Shown in pieces: positions 57,534 through 64,000 of a DNA stretch of 64,000 bases. The notes below the pieces were generated by a model that saw only the letters and a program-made list of their open reading frames with translations, was not told where the DNA came from and did no database searches. Origin of the DNA: Bacillota bacterium (lineage in GTDB: Bacteria; Bacillota; Clostridia; Eubacteriales; Eubacteriaceae). Location of the stretch: assembly GCA_018903255.1 (NCBI GenBank), contig JAHIQT010000054.1, positions 15,257 to 79,256 of the forward strand, written 5' to 3'. Position 1 is the first letter of the stretch, and every line of letters starts with the position of its first letter. The translations under genes were made by a program, and so were the position numbers.

Positions 57534-60180
57534 CTAAACTTAGTAATTTCAGCAGCTGTTCATCATCTAGCTCGGTGATCCAAGTCTCACCTGAAGCCTT
57601 AATAATATCTCCAGCCAGTTGACTTTTTTCTTCAATCATTGCGTCGATCTTTTCTTCAATGGTGCCAAGCGTAATAAATTTATGCACCATTACATCACGA
57701 TTCTGGCCTATCCGAAAGGCTCGGTCAGTGGCCTGATTTTCGACTGCCGGATTCCACCAGCGGTCAAAATGGATAACATTATTAGCACCTGTCAAATTCA
57801 AACCCACTCCACCGGCTTTTAGTGACAGCACCATAAAGGGGATATAGGCTTCGCCATTAAAGGCCTCAACCAGTTCGGTTCGCTTGGTCACCGGGGTGCC
57901 GCCGTGGAGTACCAGCCCCGGGCGATGAAAGATTTCTTCCAAAAATTGAGCCAGCGGCTCAGTCAGTTCTTTAAACTGGGTGAACACCAGCACCCGTTCG
58001 CGTTTTTCATAAATGGTTTCACAGATGTTTTCAAGCATTTCAAACTTGCCACTGTGATCACGCTTATAAAGATCCTGACCCAAATACTGATCGGGGTGAT
58101 TACAGATCTGTTTAAGCTTGATAATACTCGATAAAACCAGGCCTTTTCGGGCAATCCCGTCCGCTTCCTTGAGTTTTTTAGCCAATTCTGCAACCAGATT
58201 TTGGTAAAGCACGATCTGCTTTTTCGAAAGCACCGGAAACTCTTTAATTTCCACCTTATCCGGTAAATCCGAAATGATCGTGGCATCGGTTTTTAATCGA
58301 CGTAAGATAAAGGGATTGACCAAATTTCTGAGCTTAGCATAGCCGCTAGGATCCTTGTTCAGTCCCTTTGTAAACCCGGTGAATTCTTTGGCGCTTCCCA
58401 GCAGCCCGCCATCCAGAAAATCAAAGAGCGACCATAAATCCGATAGGTGATTCTCAATCGGGGTACCGGTCATAGCGATTCGGGTTCTGGCTTTGAGCTC
58501 CTTGATCGTTTTTGTCCGCTTTGTTCCCGGATTTTTGATCGCTTGAGCCTCGTCCAGAATAATCAGATCCCAGTCGATTTCTCGCAGTGCTGCTAGCCGA
58601 ACCGCCATCCCGTAGGTGGTGATGGTTAAAAAAACCGGGTTCGCAAAAAATGCTTCAGGGTCTTTGGCAACCGCCATCCCATGCAACACGGAGACTGGCA
58701 TCTCTGGGGCAAACTTGTTGATTTCCTTTTCCCAGTTACCGATCAGGGATGCCGGTAAAATCAACAGTACCCGCTCGCCCTGATGATTACGCAGATATTC
58801 TAACAGGGCAATAACCTGAACGGTTTTACCCAACCCCATGTCATCTGCCAGGCAAGCCCCAAGTCTCAGGTCAACCATGTATTTCAGCCAGTCATAACCG
58901 GTTTGCTGGTAGGGGCGTAGTTTTCCGTTGAAACCAGGTTCCGGCTCTTGCCCACGCAGCGTCTGAGGATTGGCCATCGTTTCCTTCACCCGACGGAGCC
59001 AGTCTCCGGTTGAGACATGAACTTCCAACCCCCTTGTCGGGATTCCCAGAAGTTCTTGAGATCCAAGTTCCAGCCGCATGGCCTCCGCCAGAGTCAATTC
59101 TTTTTGCGCTGTCAGCGTTTCGGCTTTTGATAAGGCCTCTAAGGCAGCTTGCAACTGCTCATGATTAATTTCCACCCACTTACCTTTAATCAGAGCCAGT
59201 CCCTGGGTTTCTGCCAAAAGTTTCTGGATTTCTTCTTTGGAAATGACAGAATCTCCGAATAAGAGATTTGGTTTAAAAGACAAAATAGCATCCATGCCCA
59301 CCTTTGCCGGTTGCTTTTCTCCGACCGTCAGATTGAGCCTTAGCTGATTAGTTTTCTTGCGCCACCAGTTAGGAATCCGGCACATGATCCCCGCCTCTTC
59401 GTAAAGCGGGATCTCTGTTAAAAAGACCGTCGCATCCTGGGCACTTAGTTTCAGGGGCGAAAACAACTCCCCGCTTTCCATCAGATCAGAAATAAAGCCA
59501 CTGAGATCAGCCACCCGGCTGACGGTGGATAACAACTGGATCAGTTTTTCGGGTTGATTTTGATATTCCCGCAGTGCATTTTTAAGCGGGGTATGCATCG
59601 CTTTTTTACCATCATCCGGTTTGGTTGCGTAGGTGGCCAGAAAAGCAAAGGGGTAACGTTCATCTTCATTATTTTCGACCAGATGAAAAAAGATCCGCCC
59701 GGCCACGCTGATCCCGGCGTGATGCTCGGTTAAAAACGCCGCGACTGTACCCGGATAGCTCTTGATCGCTTCCCCGTAAGCAGCGTTAAGTCGCTCCCAG
59801 ATACTGATAATCCATCGATCATTCACATGAGCCATGCCATTGCCAAAGGGGATTATTTGTCGAATCTCTGCGATTTCATCCGGTGTCAAGGATAAATCAA
59901 CATGCTCACGAGAAAACTCCAGATCCGGTTGTTTGGCAATTTTTTGAATAAAGCCCGCACTAATTTGATGAAGAAATGCCATCGTCGGCGAAAGAAACTC
60001 CAGATTAGTCAGAAATCCAAAATAAAAAAGGGTCCGATCCTTATTTGTTCTAAATTGTGCTTGCCAGGCTTGCTCAAATTGCCGTTTTTCTTCAGTGAAG
60101 CCTTTCTTTGCGACCGTTTCATAATCCAGGATGAAATCATTTTTTGTAAAGCTGGCAATTAATTCAGTATAGTCTGTCAT
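57523..60180 (-). CDS. SNF2-family helicase/ATPase
   Basis: LRPYQ, LADDMGLGKT, LDEAQ, TGTPIEN, WWNPAVENQATDRAFRIGQ. Confidence 0.95.
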   Translation of the reverse strand: MTDYTELIASFTKNDFILDYETVAKKGFTEEKRQFEQAWQAQFRTNKDRTLFYFGFLTNLEFLSPTMAFLHQISAGFIQKIAKQPDLEFSREHVDLSLTPDEIAEIRQIIPFGNGMAHVNDRWIISIWERLNAAYGEAIKSYPGTVAAFLTEHHAGISVAGRIFFHLVENNEDERYPFAFLATYATKPDDGKKAMHTPLKNALREYQNQPEKLIQLLSTVSRVADLSGFISDLMESGELFSPLKLSAQDATVFLTEIPLYEEAGIMCRIPNWWRKKTNQLRLNLTVGEKQPAKVGMDAILSFKPNLLFGDSVISKEEIQKLLAETQGLALIKGKWVEINHEQLQAALEALSKAETLTAQKELTLAEAMRLELGSQELLGIPTRGLEVHVSTGDWLRRVKETMANPQTLRGQEPEPGFNGKLRPYQQTGYDWLKYMVDLRLGACLADDMGLGKTVQVIALLEYLRNHQGERVLLILPASLIGNWEKEINKFAPEMPVSVLHGMAVAKDPEAFFANPVFLTITTYGMAVRLAALREIDWDLIILDEAQAIKNPGTKRTKTIKELKARTRIAMTGTPIENHLSDLWSLFDFLDGGLLGSAKEFTGFTKGLNKDPSGYAKLRNLVNPFILRRLKTDATIISDLPDKVEIKEFPVLSKKQIVLYQNLVAELAKKLKEADGIARKGLVLSSIIKLKQICNHPDQYLGQDLYKRDHSGKFEMLENICETIYEKRERVLVFTQFKELTEPLAQFLEEIFHRPGLVLHGGTPVTKRTELVEAFNGEAYIPFMVLSLKAGGVGLNLTGANNVIHFDRWWNPAVENQATDRAFRIGQNRDVMVHKFITLGTIEEKIDAMIEEKSQLAGDIIKASGETWITELDDEQLLKLLSLGGI

Positions 60181-61079
60181 TATTGATTTTCCTTGTTAAT
60201 TTCTATATCACCAGCAATTTCCAGCTTTTCTCCCTGGATTTTTCGTTTCAATTGCTTTTCTTCAGCCCGATTCTCAAGAGCTTTTAATAAATCAGTGGCA
60301 TTCTCCCCATCGGTAGGATATGTTGAAAAGTTTTGGGTGATATCGTACCGCTGCATTTCAGGGTCTTTTAATTTATAGGCTTGATACTGTGCGATGATCT
60401 TATCAGCAATGACCTTGGAATTTTCATGATTGCAAAAGGGGAAAAAACCCAAATGACTATGATAGCCATGCTGCACATATAAATCAGATTCCCAAAACAG
60501 CGCCTTGATTTCCCGATAAACAGCTTTTGAGTGCTTGTAAAATTCGTTGCTTGATTCGATTCCCGAAAAGGCCGAATTTAATTTAAAGCTGATTTTTAAT
60601 AAGGTAAAACTATAGCCACCTTTTTGTGCCTTATAAATCTCATGATTTAAATAGTTTTTTAGACTAAACTTCAAAACAGTGAATTCGGTCAAGCTCTCAA
60701 TACTAATATGTTTTAAAATCTTTTCCTTTAGATAATTGTCTTCAAATGGTTTTAAAACATAATCTGCTGTTCCTTGCCGCAAATATTTGGTGATCACTTC
60801 TTTCTTACTTTCGGAAGTCAGCACCATGACCGGAATTGTATCGCTTTTACTTTGAACTAATTTAATCAGGCTGAGTCCATCGAAACTGCGATCGGTATCA
60901 ATTTCAATATCTGTAACAATCAGATCAATCTGATCTTTATTATCCTTCAGGATATCAAGCAGCTCGCTGCGACTTAATGCTTCATGAATGGTTACATCCT
61001 GATCAGCCAGAATTCTTCTTATCCGATCCTTCACCACCATATTCGAATCAACAAGAACTACCACTGGTAAACTTTGCAT
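60180..61079 (-). CDS. Response regulator with degenerate GGDEF-like C-terminal domain
   Basis: REC: DLIVTDI, VMVLTS, DYVLKPF; C-terminal STYPTDGENATDLL without a GGDEF motif. Confidence 0.75.
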   Translation of the reverse strand: MQSLPVVVLVDSNMVVKDRIRRILADQDVTIHEALSRSELLDILKDNKDQIDLIVTDIEIDTDRSFDGLSLIKLVQSKSDTIPVMVLTSESKKEVITKYLRQGTADYVLKPFEDNYLKEKILKHISIESLTEFTVLKFSLKNYLNHEIYKAQKGGYSFTLLKISFKLNSAFSGIESSNEFYKHSKAVYREIKALFWESDLYVQHGYHSHLGFFPFCNHENSKVIADKIIAQYQAYKLKDPEMQRYDITQNFSTYPTDGENATDLLKALENRAEEKQLKRKIQGEKLEIAGDIEINKENQ

Positions 61080-61356
61080 AGTATTTACCTCACTTTACTC
61101 ATCATGATTTTCGTCAATCTGTAGTTTGCTTTCTATTGTAATTTCAATTTTCTATTTTATATTTTTCTTTTGTTATTTTCTTAATTTTAAACCTTTTCTG
61201 CTGCTATAGCAAATGATTTCACAATCAAAACTTAAATCGATTCTTCATTTAGTCCAGCAGTTCCCTTTTTTATGGTATTAAGTTGCGTCGGTCATTTGAT
61301 TTTAAGTTTTTTTTATATTAGAATAGAAAGCAACAAATTTAAAGGAGTGTGTAAAA

Positions 61357-62742
61357 ATGACAGCGACATCGGTTGGATTTAGTTTGCTCTTACTTGGTCT
61401 TTTCCTGGTCATCGGGAAATGGATACTGATTGGAACCCCTGTTTTTCAAAAATTGTTTTTACCCAGTTCACTAGTTGCTGGATTACTCGCGTTAATCATG
61501 GGTCCCGAAATTCTGGGTAGTTTTTCCGGTGTCGAGCTTTTATCCCCGGAAATCATCACCGTCTGGGAGACGCTTCCCGGATTAATGATTAACCTGGTCT
61601 TTGCTGCTCTTTTTATTGGAAAAAAGATTCCCAACATAAAAAAGGTTTGGGAGTTGTCCGGCCCGCAGGTTATTCTCGGTTATATTATTTCTTTTGGCCA
61701 ATATGTTGTCGGTCTGACTCTCTCGCTTTTGATTCTCGCTCCCTTTTTTGGGATGAATCCTCTGGCTGGGGCCTTAATTGAAATTGGTTTTGTTGGCGGC
61801 CATGGAACCGCTGCCGGCCTGCGTGACACATTTGTCGAAGTCGGATTTCCCGAAGGCGCTGATCTTGCCATTGGTCTGGCGACGGTCGGGGTATTAAGCG
61901 GTGTTTTAATCGGAATTGCCTTAATTAACTGGGGGGTTCGGAAAAATAAATTAGTTGACCATTATGCCATGGAGCAACCAGATAAACTGATCGAGGAAGG
62001 TGCCAATGAATTAGAAAACCGCGAACTTCCAGATAATTCAACCAATCATAACGACTCGATTGAACCATTGTCGCTCCATTTAGGTTATATTTGCATTGGC
62101 ATCCTAATTGGGTCAGTTTTACTTAATGTAATGATCTGGATTGAGTCGATCACCTGGGGACCATTAACCAATGTCTATTTATTCCCTTATGTCCCGCTTT
62201 TTCCACTGGCCATGATCGGTGGGATCATGGTTGAACTTGTTCTCCAAAAATTCGACCGTCACAATACCGTTGACCGGATGTTGATTAATCGCATTCAAGG
62301 TATGGCTTTGGACATACTCATTGCCAGCGCCTTGGCAACCTTGTCACTTTCTGTTATCGAAGACAACTTCGTGCCGTTTCTTATTTTATCCCTGGGCGGG
62401 ATCTGCTGGACTGTTTTTGCCTTCATCTTTTTTGCCCCGAAGATTCTGCCCAACTATTGGTTTGAACGGGGTATCGGTGATTTTGGTCAATCGATGGGGG
62501 TAACCGCAACCGGATTGCTGTTGATGCGCATTGCCGATGGCCATGGCCGCACTCCAGCCATGGAGAGTTTTGGCTATAAACAATTATTTTTTGAATTATT
62601 TATGGGTGGCGGTTTATTCACTGCGGCTTCGATTCCGCTGATCTACCAATTCGGGCCGCTAGCGATGTTAGTTTTCACTGGCATTGGAACTATTTTATTC
62701 GTCATTTCAGGATTGATCCTGAAGCGAAAAAAACTTAGTTGA
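61357..62742 (+). CDS. gltS: Sodium/glutamate symporter family protein
   Basis: GFVGGHGTAAG, FGQSMGVTATG; multi-TM. Confidence 0.8.
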   Translation: MTATSVGFSLLLLGLFLVIGKWILIGTPVFQKLFLPSSLVAGLLALIMGPEILGSFSGVELLSPEIITVWETLPGLMINLVFAALFIGKKIPNIKKVWELSGPQVILGYIISFGQYVVGLTLSLLILAPFFGMNPLAGALIEIGFVGGHGTAAGLRDTFVEVGFPEGADLAIGLATVGVLSGVLIGIALINWGVRKNKLVDHYAMEQPDKLIEEGANELENRELPDNSTNHNDSIEPLSLHLGYICIGILIGSVLLNVMIWIESITWGPLTNVYLFPYVPLFPLAMIGGIMVELVLQKFDRHNTVDRMLINRIQGMALDILIASALATLSLSVIEDNFVPFLILSLGGICWTVFAFIFFAPKILPNYWFERGIGDFGQSMGVTATGLLLMRIADGHGRTPAMESFGYKQLFFELFMGGGLFTAASIPLIYQFGPLAMLVFTGIGTILFVISGLILKRKKLS

Positions 62743-62762
62743 TCCCAAAATTTCCACTGAAC

Positions 62763-62800
62763 AGCAACAAGCACCTCAAAGGGTGCTCGTTGCTTTAATT
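62763..62800. terminator. Terminator between convergent genes
   Basis: agcaacaagcacc-tcaaag-ggtgctcgttgct followed by a T-rich tract. Confidence 0.7.
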
Positions 62801-62845
62801 TATTGCTTTAATTTATTACTTTAGTTTATTGCTTTAATTCATTGC
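62790..62845. repeat. Imperfect 13-bp tandem repeat, about 4.3 copies
   Basis: ttgctttaattta, ttgctttaattta, ttactttagttta, ttgctttaattca, ttgc. Confidence 0.8.
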
Positions 62846-62850
62846 ATAAT

Positions 62851-63663
62851 CTAAATCAAAGAATAATTGTATTGCGTTCTTCGCGTGTCCTGCATTTTAA
62901 AATATGCATTGGGAAAATAAGGTTGATTCTTAGCTTCCGTTTCTTGAGGCACTTCGACAATTTCAATGTGGGTTGTCAGCGAGCGTTTAATTTTCTGAAT
63001 CTCTTCTTTTGCAGTTTTTAAGTCGGTGGCCAGCTTTACCTGTTTACCAAACCGCATTTCTTTTCCCATCTGACTTTCCAAATCTTTAATGACCGCTTCA
63101 AGCTTTTCTAATTGTTCTTTTTTTGCTAATTTTTCTACTGGTCGAAGCTCATCATTAGCATGTTTCTCAGCTCTATCGACCCTGGTCGGCAATGGTTTGC
63201 CAACAATCTGGATAAAAAAGTTTTCATAGACCTGATCAAGATTTAAACCATCAATTTTAAGGGTCAGCTCATCTGCAATCATCCAACTGGTCTGATAATA
63301 ATTCTGGCAATTGAACAAACCCGTTTGTGGGTTTAACGACTGATGATCACAACACCAGATCTGTCCCCACTCTTCGAAGCGCACGATAAAGACAGCATAC
63401 TGGTCAATTTCACGATTGATAATCTCAATAATATTGGTGCTGATGGCCTGACGATTTAAAACAATTTCGACAACGGCTATTTCTGTGACATGCTTCCCTT
63501 TTGGGGTATTTGTGGTTTCCGATGAAATAGTATTGATCCAGATAATGCTTCTGATTTCATCGACAAAGCGCTTTTTTAATGGACTGTGGTCATTAAAATA
63601 TTTTAAAAAAAGCTCTTTAGGCATTGGTCGGTAAACATTGGTGGTTTCAGTCAAGTCAATCAT
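62851..63663 (-). CDS. DUF4391-like protein
   Basis: IDLTETTNVYRPMPKELF, FVDEIRSIIWIN, GLNLDQVYENFFIQI, C-terminal coiled coil KEMRFGKQV. Confidence 0.65.
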   Translation of the reverse strand: MIDLTETTNVYRPMPKELFLKYFNDHSPLKKRFVDEIRSIIWINTISSETTNTPKGKHVTEIAVVEIVLNRQAISTNIIEIINREIDQYAVFIVRFEEWGQIWCCDHQSLNPQTGLFNCQNYYQTSWMIADELTLKIDGLNLDQVYENFFIQIVGKPLPTRVDRAEKHANDELRPVEKLAKKEQLEKLEAVIKDLESQMGKEMRFGKQVKLATDLKTAKEEIQKIKRSLTTHIEIVEVPQETEAKNQPYFPNAYFKMQDTRRTQYNYSLI

Positions 63664-63966
63664 AGCATCTCCTTCTCGATATTCTTATTTGCTGGCTCTA
63701 GATGATTTATCATCTAGCTATTTATGTAATCGACTAACTCGCCAGAAAACTTAGAATTTTTGCTACCACATAAGCGTTAAAGCGAATAAACTGCTGAATC
63801 TTTATTTTCTTCTAAACTTAGGTGCCTTATACTCCCATTTGCTTTAGTTACCCAAATGTTGCAACATTATTGAAGATCTCAAACTTTTTTGTTTGCATAT
63901 CTTTTGAATAAATTCCAAAATTATTGGTATGAATAATACCAAGACTGTTAATTGGAGGCCTAATCT

Positions 63967-64000
63967 ATGAAAAAACTGCGCATCACCTTGCTTTTCCTCG
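63967..64000 (+). CDS. 5' end of an exported or membrane protein (truncated by window edge)
   Basis: GGAGG RBS then MKKLRITLLFL..., signal-peptide-like. Confidence 0.5.
   Translation, partial: MKKLRITLLFL

Overview
Bacterial chromosomal window, about 44% GC by eye. Gene content, strong GGAGG RBSs and ChW-repeat surface proteins point to an anaerobic Firmicute (Clostridia; Acetobacterium/Eubacteriaceae-like by inference). It holds about 45 CDSs. I found no rRNA, tRNA, CRISPR array, transposase or phage genes. The window is rich in signalling genes: four GGDEF-EAL proteins, two proteins with degenerate GGDEF-like domains, two unusual chemoreceptors and an ECF sigma operon. It also carries amino-acid and osmoprotectant ABC transporters and a yybP-ykoY riboswitch in front of a P-type ATPase. 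Best candidate for an undescribed system: a four-gene operon (33477-42407) combining an oxygen-binding di-iron (ODP)-GGDEF*-REC* fusion, a HEAT-repeat/processive GT2 synthase fusion, a GH16 and a large GH-like protein, i.e. a possible O2/iron-gated exopolysaccharide module. Other highlights are a MarR-arsA-small ORF-arsA locus with four copies of a 19-bp operator, six SigB-like promoters with identical 13-nt spacing, an unclassified ~270-nt structured leader with a terminator, and an unannotated 15-codon ORF. All family calls come from motif recognition by eye; no searches were run.
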